DNA from: Polyangiaceae bacterium
Lineage (GTDB): Bacteria > Myxococcota_A > Polyangia > Polyangiales > Polyangiaceae
NCBI GenBank assembly: GCA_050299315.1
Contig: JBNKVS010000002.1
Coordinates: forward strand, 18,974 to 82,973
Reading direction: 5' to 3'
DNA length: 64,000 bases
Shown: positions 48,495 through 58,029 of the stretch, piece by piece
Position numbering within the stretch: the stretch's first letter is position 1
Layout of the letters: each line of letters begins with the position of its first letter
Notes under the pieces: generated by a model
What the model saw: the letters and a program-made list of their open reading frames with translations, nothing else
The model's database searches: none
What the model was told of the DNA's origin: nothing
Translations under genes and position numbers: made by a program

Positions 48495-48928
48495 CGGGCC
48501 CCCCTCCTGGTGACGCTTTCGACGGAAATGCTGACCTCGCCGCCCTCGATCGCGCAGTCGATGCTCAGGCCCGCCTCCGCCCGAATTCGGGCGAGCCCCA
48601 GGCCGGAGGGGCCGTCCAGCGGCGCGGTGCTACGCACCAGCTGGTCGTAGTAGGCTATCGGGTCGGAGGCGAGCTTCAGCGCGGACACGCGTCGGCTGAC
48701 CTCCTCCAGCTGGGCGGGATCCGCGGCGTTCTTGGTGCTCAGCCGCACGATGGACTCCTCATTGCGGCTTTCCACGGCGAATTCCAAACCGATGGTCGGA
48801 GAACTGCCGTACTTCAGCACGTTCTCCACGAGCTCGTGTGCCGCCAGGTGCATTCGAGAGGTCGTCTCCCGATCGCCAACCGTCATCTGACAGAAGTCCA
48901 TCAGCCAGTTGGCGATCTTCCCCGCCAT
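48491..48928 (-). CDS. GHKL/HATPase_c-like protein (RsbW/SpoIIAB-type serine kinase / anti-sigma-like)
   Basis: N-box HELVENVLKYG and G-box GPSGLGLARIR. ATG 48928 preferred, because ATG 49030 would leave only 14 bp to the divergent gene at 49045. Confidence 0.55.
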   Translation of the reverse strand: MAGKIANWLMDFCQMTVGDRETTSRMHLAAHELVENVLKYGSSPTIGLEFAVESRNEESIVRLSTKNAADPAQLEEVSRRVSALKLASDPIAYYDQLVRSTAPLDGPSGLGLARIRAEAGLSIDCAIEGGEVSISVESVTRRGAR

Positions 48929-49044
48929 GCTTTCGCAGTGCTCCAGGGAAAAGGAAACAGCGGTACGCGCAGCGGCAACGGGAGGCACTCTGCGTCCAGA
49001 AAACGACGCTGGAAGCCATCTCATAACCATGAGAGGGTCGGGAA

Positions 49045-49944
49045 ATGCAACGGCTGCCGGTGGGCCCGATCATCGACGCACACCACCATTTCTGGGACCC
49101 CTCCCGCGGGGACTACGCCTGGATGGCGCAGCTCGATGCGCGCGGCCGGGAAACGCTCCTCCGGCCGATGTTGCCGGCCGTCCTAGCCCCCCTGCTCGCC
49201 CAAAACGGGGTGGCGCGAACCATTGCGGTACAGGCCGCGTCGACCGTCGAGGAGAGCGAATATCTTCTCGCGTTGGCCGAGCAGGCGGGCTTCGTCGCCG
49301 GTGTGGTCTGTTGGGCGGATTTCGACGACCCCGGCTTCGAAAGGCAGCTCGATCGTTGGCAGCGATCCCCCAAGTTCGTCGGCGTTCGTCCGATGATTCA
49401 GGACATCGAGGACCCGTTGTGGCAGCGGCGACCTCGCGTGCGCCAAGCCTTCGCCTGCCTCGAGGAGCGAGGCGTCTGTTTCGACTTCCTGATCAAGCCA
49501 CCCCAGCTACCGGAAACGCTGAGAACGCTCGATGAGCGTCCTCGGCTTCGGGCCGTGATCGACCACCTCGCCAAGCCGTACATCGCGCGGGGAGAGATTC
49601 ATCCGTGGCTCGAGCAGCTCCAGGCCGTCGCGGGCCACGAAAACGTGTACTGCAAGCTCTCCGGCATGGTGACGGAGGCCGACCACCGCAACTTCCATCC
49701 GCGAGACCTCCTGCCCTACGTGGCCGCAGCCGTCCACGCCTTCGGCCCCGAGCGGCTGATGTTCGGCAGCGATTGGCCGGTGTGTACGCTGGTCGCCAGC
49801 TACCACCAGGTCCTCTCGGCCCTGCTTCAATGCCTTCGCGAGCTGGCTCTACCGGAGGCTGCGCTGGCGCGCATCTTCTCCGGCACCGCGGCGCGCTTCT
49901 ACCGAGTTTCCACCCATCACGAGATCGACCGAAATGACCTTTGA
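49045..49944 (+). CDS. amidohydrolase_2 family lactonase (L-fuconolactonase/LigI-like)
   Basis: IIDAHHHFWDP metal motif, VGVRPM, IDHLAKP, KLSGM, FGSDWPV: the typical amidohydrolase-2 sugar lactonase pattern. Confidence 0.85.
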   Translation: MQRLPVGPIIDAHHHFWDPSRGDYAWMAQLDARGRETLLRPMLPAVLAPLLAQNGVARTIAVQAASTVEESEYLLALAEQAGFVAGVVCWADFDDPGFERQLDRWQRSPKFVGVRPMIQDIEDPLWQRRPRVRQAFACLEERGVCFDFLIKPPQLPETLRTLDERPRLRAVIDHLAKPYIARGEIHPWLEQLQAVAGHENVYCKLSGMVTEADHRNFHPRDLLPYVAAAVHAFGPERLMFGSDWPVCTLVASYHQVLSALLQCLRELALPEAALARIFSGTAARFYRVSTHHEIDRNDL

Positions 49945-50719
49945 TCTGTCCCCCCAGGTTGCCATCGTCACCGGCGCAGCCTCCGGAATCGGCCGAGCCG
50001 TGGCGCGGCTCCTCGCGAAGCACGGCGCCACAGTGCATCTGCTCGACCGGGACCTGCAGCGAGCAACCGAAGTCGCGAGCGCCATCGAAGCCGAGGGCGG
50101 GCGCGCTCATGCCCATCACTGCGACGTGTCGCGAGGGGCGGAAGTGGCGGCGGCGTTCGAACGCGCCGTGGAGATGTCTGGCAGGCTCGACATCCTGGTG
50201 AACAACGCCGGGATCGCCCACATCGGAACGGTGGAGAGCACTGCGGAAGAAGAGCTGGATGCTCTGTATGCAGTGAACGTCAAGGGCGTGTTCCACTGCC
50301 TGCAAGCAGGCGTCGGCCAGATGCGGAAGAACGGGGGAGGGGCGATCGTGAACCTGGCGTCGAGTGCCTCCATTGCGGGAGTTCGCCAGCGCTTCGCCTA
50401 CTCCATGACGAAAGGCGCCGTACTGACCATGACCCTGAGCGTGGCCGCAGATTTCGTCGGCGATGGAATTCGGTGCAACTGCGTGTGCCCCGCGAGGATC
50501 CACACGCCGTTCGTGGATGGCTACCTGGCTCGGCACTACCCGGGCAACGAGCAGGCGATGTTCGAAACGCTGTCGCGAGCACAGCCCGTCGGGCGGATGG
50601 GCACGCCGCACGAGGTCGCGGCGCTCGTGCTCTACCTCTGCTCCCCCGAGGCGGCATTCGTGACGGGGGCGGCCTACCCGATTGATGGCGGCGCGACGTC
50701 GTTGATCTGGGGGGCCTGA
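49934..50719 (+). CDS. short-chain dehydrogenase/reductase (SDR)
   Basis: TGAASGIGRA (TGxxxGxG), NNAG, catalytic YSMTK (YxxxK). Overlaps the lactonase gene by 11 nt. Confidence 0.9.
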   Translation: MTFDLSPQVAIVTGAASGIGRAVARLLAKHGATVHLLDRDLQRATEVASAIEAEGGRAHAHHCDVSRGAEVAAAFERAVEMSGRLDILVNNAGIAHIGTVESTAEEELDALYAVNVKGVFHCLQAGVGQMRKNGGGAIVNLASSASIAGVRQRFAYSMTKGAVLTMTLSVAADFVGDGIRCNCVCPARIHTPFVDGYLARHYPGNEQAMFETLSRAQPVGRMGTPHEVAALVLYLCSPEAAFVTGAAYPIDGGATSLIWGA

Positions 50720-51253
50720 GGCGCGCCCCCCGCCCGCTGCGCGACCCACCCCGCCAAGCGCGTCGGGACCGCGGCGCCCCGCGAGTCGCCCAACGGCCTG
50801 GGCCGCGGCAACCTCATTTGCCGGGGGACCCATGCGAAGCGGCGGCGACCGCGAAGATCCACCACTGCCGGCCCTCGGCGCGCCGCACGGGGAGGCGCGG
50901 GACCTGCGCCCGCAAGGCGCACGACCTGCCGCCGCCGGCCGCGTCCCGTGCGCTTCCACGAAGCGCCAAGTGTGCCACCACCGCGGCCCGCGTGCCACCG
51001 CCGGCGACCATGGAGGCGTGCGAGGTCACCTCGAGCGCTGCTACTCCGCGGCAACGAGAAGCCACCACACACCGCTGCACCAGCGAAGGAAACCCGCAAC
51101 TACAACCGCCGGATGTGCTTGGGAAACCAAGGTGTAACATTGCGATATGGCTTTCAGATGGTTTGCACTTTGGCTCGCCATGAGCAACACTCCTGGTTGT
51201 GAGAAAGCCGTCCCCAGTATCGGCTACTCGGCGAGTTCCCCAGGAGGCTCTCA

Positions 51254-51910
51254 ATGGCTGACGACTCTCTCGTCGGCAACTCGGTTGCCGCTGTTGACGA
51301 TGGAGTTTGCAGGATCGATGCGGACGCAAACGTAGACGAGTTCTTCCGCGACGTAGTCGCGGGCGCGCTCACGACGATAGGCATCGACGCAAGCGCCGCG
51401 AGCCAAAGCTACGTCGTCTCGCTGTTAGCCGAGTCTGCCAGGCCCAACTCCCCAACCCTCGAAGTGATGGGGCGCTCGTCGCTCACGCTGATGCTTGCCG
51501 ACGCCCTGGCAAGCAGCGGAAGCGAGCGGTTTCACCGCCTGCGGTTGGTGGGGGATGGTGTGCTCTTCGTCAGCGGGTTCTTCGGTGCCTACTTCGCCAA
51601 GCGGGGCGTGGCGCCCGGCTACGTGCGCGGGCTGGGAGCCACCGCGTACCACCGCGCGGCAGCCATGCTGGGCGCTTCCCGAAGCAGCCCGGCGGCGCCG
51701 GATCTATTCCTCGAGCTCGCCGACAATTTCGAGGGCTTCGTGGAGCTACTGAGCGTCGTCTCGGAGGAGCTGAAGGCCAACGCCGTGCAAGATGCGAGCT
51801 CGTTGCTCGACGCGTACGAAAGGTGGCTGGAGGAGCCGCGGGATTCACTCGCGCGGTTCCTCGTATCGCACGGTGTGCTCCCCGCGCGCAGGCCGCGGGG
51901 CGTCAACTAG
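51254..51910 (+). CDS. hypothetical protein
   Basis: 218-aa ORF with balanced, helical-looking composition (..FFRDVVAGALTTIGIDASAASQSYVVSLLAES..FLELADNFEGFVELLSVVSEELK..) and GGAGG upstream. No recognised family. Confidence 0.5.
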   Translation: MADDSLVGNSVAAVDDGVCRIDADANVDEFFRDVVAGALTTIGIDASAASQSYVVSLLAESARPNSPTLEVMGRSSLTLMLADALASSGSERFHRLRLVGDGVLFVSGFFGAYFAKRGVAPGYVRGLGATAYHRAAAMLGASRSSPAAPDLFLELADNFEGFVELLSVVSEELKANAVQDASSLLDAYERWLEEPRDSLARFLVSHGVLPARRPRGVN

Positions 51911-52441
51911 CCCCCCGCAGTCCGCCTTCACCGAAGGGGCGCGACAGCCTCCGGGATCCGAGGCGCGATGGGTCACGACAGCGCCCTCGGCGACACCGGG
52001 CACTCGACGACACCCCGCCCTCGACGACACCGCGCCGCCAGGCCAGGCACCGCCCCGCCGCGCCAGACCTCTCGGCGCGCCCTACCCCGCCGCGCAGCGC
52101 TCCGCCGAGAGGCGGAGCCCCTCGCCCGATGGGTCGCCGAGCACGAGCGCCTCCGCGCTCCGAGCGGTCGTGCTCGTTGCGCGCGAGGCGCCCCGAGTCG
52201 GACATTCCGCTCCCTCCGCTGTCTGCGCTCCGGCGCGGGACGCGCACGCCCCACTCCGATCGAGGCTCAGCCACGGTCGAGCCGCAGGCGGTGATTCGGA
52301 GCCCCACGCTGTGGGGGCCGCCCCCACGCAGTGGCCGAACGGCTACGGGTCACCGTCACGCCGCTCCTCTTGGACGCGCGGGAGGCTCTTGGCTTTGGAG
52401 CACCGGGCGCCGAGCTTGCCTCGAAGCGCGAAGGCCGGGGC

Positions 52442-53338
52442 TCACTCGAACACGACGGTGCGGTTCCCGTGCACCAGGATTCTGTTCTCCAGGTGCCAGC
52501 GGACGGCACGACCGAGCACGGAGCGCTCTACGTCCCGCCCTTTGCGGACCAAGTCCGCAATGCTGTCTTTGTGACTGGCCCGAATCACGTCTTGCTCGAT
52601 GATGGGGCCCTCATCCAGGTCCGCCGTCGCGTAGTGCGCCGTCGCCCCCACCAGCTTGACCCCACGCTCCGCCGCCTGATGGTACGGCCTGCCCCCGGCG
52701 AACGCCGGCAGGAAGGAGTGGTGGATGTTGATGATCGCATTATCGAACTCTTCGATGAACTGCGGAGTCAGGATCTGCATGTAGCGAGCGAGAACGACCA
52801 AATCGATCTGCCGCTGGCGCAAGAGCTCGATCTCCTGCTCCTCCTGGTGGCGCTTGTTCTCTTTGGTAATCGGGAACGCCCGGAAGTCCACCGCCATTTG
52901 CTTCGCCACGGGCTGGAGATCGGTTCGGTTGCTGATGATCAAGGGGACCTCGCAGCGCAGCTCGCCGCTGCGCTGCCGCCACAGAAGGTCGTACAGGCAG
53001 TGGTCGTATTGGGACACGAAGATGGCCACGCGCGGCACCCTGCTTTCGTAGTGCAGCCGCATCTTCATCTCGAACCGCTGAGCCACCTCGGAAAGCGCCC
53101 GCTCGAGCGTCCCACGGTCGGTCACCAGCTGGGCGAGGTCGAAGCGGATACGCTGAAAGAACGCTCTGGCCTGCTCGTCCCGGTGCTGGTCTGCGCTCAG
53201 GATGTTCGCCCCGTGTCCGGAAAGGAGCTGCGCCAAGGCCGCGACGAGGCCAGACCGATCGGCACAGGAAACGAGCAGGGTGGCGCTCTTCGACTCGGTC
53301 CCCGTCCACTTGGAGTCGCTGGAAATCTCTACACTCAC
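52442..53338 (-). CDS. purU: formyltetrahydrofolate deformylase
   Basis: N-terminal ACT domain (LLVSCADRSGLVAALAQLL) and formyltransferase core (LVVLARYMQIL, IINIHHSFLPAFAGGRPY, ATAHYATADLDEGPII). Confidence 0.92.
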   Translation of the reverse strand: MSVEISSDSKWTGTESKSATLLVSCADRSGLVAALAQLLSGHGANILSADQHRDEQARAFFQRIRFDLAQLVTDRGTLERALSEVAQRFEMKMRLHYESRVPRVAIFVSQYDHCLYDLLWRQRSGELRCEVPLIISNRTDLQPVAKQMAVDFRAFPITKENKRHQEEQEIELLRQRQIDLVVLARYMQILTPQFIEEFDNAIINIHHSFLPAFAGGRPYHQAAERGVKLVGATAHYATADLDEGPIIEQDVIRASHKDSIADLVRKGRDVERSVLGRAVRWHLENRILVHGNRTVVFE

Positions 53339-53514
53339 GGGCTAGAGGTATAGCGGATTCCGGGCCGATTTTCGGCACAATCGCCCGCCTCGCGCTCCGC
53401 GTGCTGCGTTTGGCGAAGCAGCCACCCTCTCCCGACGAAACGGCCGTCGCGGGTGAGCTCAGCGGCCCCCGCGAGGCGCGCTTCCGAGTGATTTCCGCCC
53501 ACCTCCCCAATCCG

Positions 53515-55017
53515 TCATGGGCAGCGCATCAGGGGGGCACGAATACTCGTGCGGCGCGACTCCGGGGCTTCGTCCGACACCGGAGTCAGGGAGTAGCGAT
53601 TGCGCCCCGAGCGTTTGGCGCAATACATCGCCTGATCCGCATTCTTGAGTAGCTCTTCGACGCCGCTGCCCCCCTGGGGAAACACACTGATGCCCATACT
53701 GGCGGTCACGCTCAGCTCTTGGTGCAGGGAGCATATGGGCTCGGACAGGGAAGCCAGCACGCGCTCTGCCACCCGCTCCGCCTCCGCAGGATCTTCCAGC
53801 GTATCGAGCAGGATGGCGAACTCGTCCCCGCCCAACCGGGCCACGGTATCGTACTCCCGAACCGCCGCCTGCAGCCGAAGGCTCACCTCCACCAGCACGC
53901 GGTCACCCACGTCGTGACCGTAGTTGTCGTTCACCCACTTGAATCGATCCAGGTCGATGTAGATGATGGCAAACGTATTGCCGAGGCGCCGGCTGCGAGC
54001 CAGCGCGTTGGCGACCCGTTGGTGCAGAAGAGTGCGCTTCGCGAGGCTCGTCAGCTCGTCGTGCAGGGCTCGGTGGTTGATGTCCGCCAGAGCCCGATGT
54101 CGCTCGATCGCATGAATGACACTGCGGCGAAGCAGTTCCCCCGTCAACATCGGCAGATGCAGCACGTCCTGGGCCCCTACCTTGAGCGCGCTGAGCGCCA
54201 TCGCCGGCTCGGTCGACGGCGACAGCGCGATCAGCGGCAGCTTCGGCGCCACGCGGCGCAGCTTGACGACGGCATCCAGCCCGCACGCGTCCGGCAAATC
54301 GAGCTGAACGACGATCGCATCGAAACCGGGTCCACCCGCGAGCACCATCGCCTCGGAAAGCGATCCGACGTGTAGATAGGCCTGGCAGTCGCCATAGAAG
54401 AGCTCGGGAAGGCGGGTTGCCAACGGCCGATCCACTGCGGCGAGAATGCGATTCGGGAAGAGGCAGGGATCGTCGCGACGAAACGCCGCCTGCCGCGCCA
54501 GGCTGAAATCCAGCGCGCACTGCAACATCATCTGCGTATCGCCCACCTCCCACGGTTTGGCGATTGAGCCGAGCAGGCTGCCATCGCACCGACCCACGAT
54601 GGATCCGAGGGATTGGCCCGTCGACTGCTTCATTCCGGAGGGCCCGGAGAGCAAGACGGCGGCGGACGGCTGCAAGGTGAGCAGCTGCGCGACGAAGGAC
54701 CCCTCCACCCGGGCCAGCGGCTCGGCGTCGAGGATCAGCATCTCGTAAGAGTATTCGCGGGCACGCGACAAGGCGTGCTCGGGCTGCTGCGCATGGTGCA
54801 GGACGATCCCCAGCGTGTCCGCGATGCTCTCGAGCGTCGCGTAATCGGGCTCCCGCTCGTCCAACAACAACGCCAACGGCTCCGATTCGCCCCGCCCCAC
54901 GACGGTAGAATCCCAGGCGCCCTGGGCACGAGAGGCCCCCAGGCAAGCTACATCATCGTTCGGAACGCTCACACCAAATCGGCTCCCCAAGATCGCACTA
55001 CGGCCCGGTAACTCCAC
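53515..55017 (-). CDS. response-regulator-like diguanylate cyclase (REC-like, REC, GGDEF)
   Basis: Two receiver-like segments (..YEMLILDAEP..; FDAIVVQLDLPDACGLD..LPLIALS). GGDEF domain DELTSLAKRT..IYIDLDRFKWVNDNYGHDVGD..RLGGDEFA. N-terminal boundary uncertain. Confidence 0.85.
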   Translation of the reverse strand: MELPGRSAILGSRFGVSVPNDDVACLGASRAQGAWDSTVVGRGESEPLALLLDEREPDYATLESIADTLGIVLHHAQQPEHALSRAREYSYEMLILDAEPLARVEGSFVAQLLTLQPSAAVLLSGPSGMKQSTGQSLGSIVGRCDGSLLGSIAKPWEVGDTQMMLQCALDFSLARQAAFRRDDPCLFPNRILAAVDRPLATRLPELFYGDCQAYLHVGSLSEAMVLAGGPGFDAIVVQLDLPDACGLDAVVKLRRVAPKLPLIALSPSTEPAMALSALKVGAQDVLHLPMLTGELLRRSVIHAIERHRALADINHRALHDELTSLAKRTLLHQRVANALARSRRLGNTFAIIYIDLDRFKWVNDNYGHDVGDRVLVEVSLRLQAAVREYDTVARLGGDEFAILLDTLEDPAEAERVAERVLASLSEPICSLHQELSVTASMGISVFPQGGSGVEELLKNADQAMYCAKRSGRNRYSLTPVSDEAPESRRTSIRAPLMRCP

Positions 55018-55149
55018 GGATTAGCGTGGCCACCCGGCTCCACCGGATCGACCCGAATCGAAACGCGCATTTCCCGCTCAAGTCCCCAGCCTCCAATCCG
55101 TACTCGATCTACGCAAGAAGTATCACGTTTTTCTGGATTGAGGGGGACC

Positions 55150-56484
55150 ATGCCTGCCATCACCTTTGGGGGCGTCGGCTCTGGAATCGACACCGAAGCC
55201 ATCATCTCGGGACTGCTGGGCGCCAGCCGAAGCCCCATCAATCGGGTCCAACAACGGCTGACCAACGTCAATTCGGCAACCTCCACGGTTTCCAGTATCG
55301 GGACGGCCCTATCCAAGCTGAAAGACGCCCTGGTCGCTCTCGACACGAACCAGGAGGTGGGAAGCTTCCGAGCCAGCAGCTCGAATTCCGACGCCGTGGT
55401 GGCCACCGCCTCGGGCGGCGCCCAGCCCGGCTCCTTCGAGGTCGACGTCATCAGCCTCGCCAAAGCGTACAAGGCCTACTCCGAGCCGCTCGGCGTCGCG
55501 ACGACCAGCGAGGCGACCGGACAGGACGGCGTCCTGCGAATCGAGGTGGGGGGCGAAACGGCGGAAGTGACCGTCCAGGGCACCGACTCGCTCGATACCA
55601 TCGTGGAGAACATCAACGCCGCGGGGATCAAGATCGCCGCCAGCGCCCTGGTGACGGAAGACGGCGTTCGCCTCCAGGTCCGGGGGCTCGAGGCGGGAGC
55701 CGCCAACAACGTCAACATCACCCAGTTGGGAACGGATTTCGGCTTCGAGGTCGGAGACAACACGAAGAGTGTCGGTCAAGACGCCGTGCTCGAGATCGAC
55801 GGGTTTCGGGTCACATCGCCCACCAATCAGGTCAGCGGGGCCATCTCGGGGGTGACGCTGGCCCTGACCGAAGAGAATACGGGCCCGATCACCATCGACA
55901 TCGAGCGCGACGAGGAGGCGCTCGTCGAGAAGCTCCAGACCTTCGTCTCCGCATACAACGACGTAGTCAATCAGGTGCACAAAGCCACTGGCTTCGGCTC
56001 GATCAAGGCGACCAATTCGGAGCTCTCGGCGGATTCGTCGCTGCGCGCCATCACGGGACGGCTCGGCAGCGCGCTGCTCAATCCCGCCGGCTCGGGTCGG
56101 TTCCAGACGCTGGGCTCGATCGGTGTCGAGCTCAACAACGACGGCACGCTGACGCTCGATGAGGCGGAGCTCCGCGACGCGCTCTTCGAGGACTCCCGGG
56201 CCGTCAGCCGCGTGCTGGCGGGTGAGGAGGATTTCAGCGGCAGCTTCGAGGGAGTCATCGACAACCTGCGAACCGCGGCCGAGGGCCTGCTCGATACGGG
56301 CGGTGTCATCGACAACCGCAAAGAAGCCCTGCGGCAGCAAAGCGACGACCTCGGCGACCGCCTGTTGGTCGAGGAGGCCCGCTTGGATCGGCTCGAGGAT
56401 CAGCTGCGGCGGCAGTTCACCCAGATGGACCAGGTCGTCTCCTTCAACCAGAGCCAACTCGACTTTTTGATCCAAAACGCCTGA
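55150..56484 (+). CDS. fliD: FliD-like flagellar filament capping protein (hook-associated protein 2 family)
   Basis: N-terminal MPAITFGGVGSGIDTEAIISGLL..R.P...Q.R, central AVLEIDGFRVTSPTNQVSGAISGVTLAL, C-terminal coiled coil ..LEDQLRRQFTQMDQVVSFNQSQLDFL. Purine-rich GAGGGGGA lies just upstream of the ATG. Confidence 0.85.
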   Translation: MPAITFGGVGSGIDTEAIISGLLGASRSPINRVQQRLTNVNSATSTVSSIGTALSKLKDALVALDTNQEVGSFRASSSNSDAVVATASGGAQPGSFEVDVISLAKAYKAYSEPLGVATTSEATGQDGVLRIEVGGETAEVTVQGTDSLDTIVENINAAGIKIAASALVTEDGVRLQVRGLEAGAANNVNITQLGTDFGFEVGDNTKSVGQDAVLEIDGFRVTSPTNQVSGAISGVTLALTEENTGPITIDIERDEEALVEKLQTFVSAYNDVVNQVHKATGFGSIKATNSELSADSSLRAITGRLGSALLNPAGSGRFQTLGSIGVELNNDGTLTLDEAELRDALFEDSRAVSRVLAGEEDFSGSFEGVIDNLRTAAEGLLDTGGVIDNRKEALRQQSDDLGDRLLVEEARLDRLEDQLRRQFTQMDQVVSFNQSQLDFLIQNA

Positions 56485-56980
56485 GCCGCGCCCGCGCAGG
56501 CTCCGCGAGCCGCGGCGCCGCCGGATCTGCGCGAGCCAGGCCTCGGCGGAGCGCGGCATCTCGCCAGCACCAGGCACCACGCGCCGTCAGGCCGCTGGAA
56601 ACAGGCCATCCCGTCGGGCCCGCCTGCTGCGGGAGGCGTCGGTCATCCCGTCGCCGCTGCGCTGCAGCACCACGCAGGAGGACCCAGCCGGCAGCTCCAG
56701 GATGCCCCGGGGATCCGCGCGCCGCGGACCGAGCAGCGCCCGGGAGTTGGTCGAGCCGCGCACGAACCGCCAGCGCGGCCCGCCAGCGGCCGCCACGCCG
56801 CTCGCCGACGCCCCCGCCCCAATCGGTGTTCTGCGTTCCATCGAGCGGTTTGCTCCCGGCGCGAGTCTCCCGGTGCGCCTCGCCCGCCACTGCACAAGCG
56901 TCCCATGCCGCCCCGCGCGCCCGCAACCGCGGAGCCCGATCGCTTTCGGGAGCTCCAGAAATCGGCTAGAAGCGCAAGCG

Positions 56981-57958
56981 ATGACGGCCAAGTTTCCCCT
57001 TCTGTCACTGGCTGCAGCCTCCTTCACGGGCTGCGCATCAGCCGCGGCCGGGCCATCTGCCACGCCCGCCCCCGGTGCGCAGCAGGCGGCGCGGAGCGCG
57101 GCCGGAGCCCCTTCTGCGCAAATCCTGCGGCGCACTTACGCCAGCGCGGCCACGACCTCTTCCAGAGGCTACCTGTTGTACCTCCCGCGCGGCTACGACC
57201 CCTCGAGCCCGCAGGAGTGGCCTCTCCTGTTGTTTCTGCACGGCAACGGCGAGCGGGGGGACGGCCACGGCGAGCTGGACTACCTGTTCGTCAACGGCCC
57301 GTTGTACGAAGCCTGGGTCCAGAAGCGGGACTTGCCGTTCGTGATCGTCGCACCGCAACTGCCGATGTACGGTCGTGATGCCTACGCGGACTACCTGAAG
57401 AATCGCGACTCCAGCCAGATTCCAAAGCGCCTCGAAGCGGGCGTGCCCGCGAGACCCCCGGAGTTCGCGACCCCGAACCGAATGACGGGGCAGCCGGAAG
57501 AGGTCGAGCTTCCAGTGGGCCCCGACGGCCCTCCGATGGGGTGGCCGAAGCTCGAAGAGGACGTCCTGGCGATTCTCGGGGACGTGGCGGAGCACTTCCA
57601 CGTCGATCCGACGCGCCAGTACATCACCGGGGTCAGCTACGGTGGATTCGGTACGTGGTACCTCGCCAGCCGCCACCCGAACCGGTTCGCCGCAATGGCC
57701 CCCGTCGTTGGCTATGGCCACCCGGATCTGATGCCCTCGATTGCCGCGGCGCGAATCCCGGTGTGGTGCTTCGCCGGCGGGCGGGACGGTGTCGTTCCCG
57801 CGCAGTACTTTTATCCAGGCCTCAACCGGCTCGAGGAGCTCGGGCACGATTCGGTGCGCTTTACCATCGAAGCCGACATGGGGCACGACGTCTGGGCGCG
57901 AGTCTATGCGGGGCAAGACTTGTACGATTGGCTGCTCCAACACGCCCGCTCCCCGTGA
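56981..57958 (+). CDS. alpha/beta-hydrolase esterase lipoprotein (PHB-depolymerase/carboxylesterase-like)
   Basis: Signal peptide with lipobox SFTGC. LLLFLHGNGERG. Nucleophile elbow GVSYGG. C-terminal His region DMGHDVW. Confidence 0.8.
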   Translation: MTAKFPLLSLAAASFTGCASAAAGPSATPAPGAQQAARSAAGAPSAQILRRTYASAATTSSRGYLLYLPRGYDPSSPQEWPLLLFLHGNGERGDGHGELDYLFVNGPLYEAWVQKRDLPFVIVAPQLPMYGRDAYADYLKNRDSSQIPKRLEAGVPARPPEFATPNRMTGQPEEVELPVGPDGPPMGWPKLEEDVLAILGDVAEHFHVDPTRQYITGVSYGGFGTWYLASRHPNRFAAMAPVVGYGHPDLMPSIAAARIPVWCFAGGRDGVVPAQYFYPGLNRLEELGHDSVRFTIEADMGHDVWARVYAGQDLYDWLLQHARSP

Positions 57959-58029
57959 CGAGCGCCAACCGGCCCCCCTCGCCATCGCCCCGGACCCACC
58001 ACAGACACTCAACTCGAAAGCAACGCGTC

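Noticed and set aside
49045-49944. Possible MNIO (DUF692) partner for the bufferin-like gene
   Set aside because: The HHHFWDP / FGSDWPV motifs identify it as an amidohydrolase-2 lactonase, it lies 8 kb away, and it sits in a sugar-acid operon. It is not a DUF692 TIM-barrel enzyme.
49493-50998. 501-aa minus-strand ORF across the lactonase/SDR genes. Similar shadows: 52331-53353, 55309-56580, 57038-58012, 58442-59335, 60012-61070
   Set aside because: Each lies opposite a gene with clear catalytic motifs (amidohydrolase, SDR, purU, fliD, esterase, cysS, pgl) and has shadow-frame composition.
55018-55149. Sigma28 (TAAA-N15-GCCGATAA) or sigma54 promoter upstream of the FliD-like gene
   Set aside because: The closest matches (TCAAGT ... 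CTCGATCT; TGGCCACCCGGCTCC) have wrong spacing or lack the conserved GC/-10 bases. No flagellar-type promoter can be supported.
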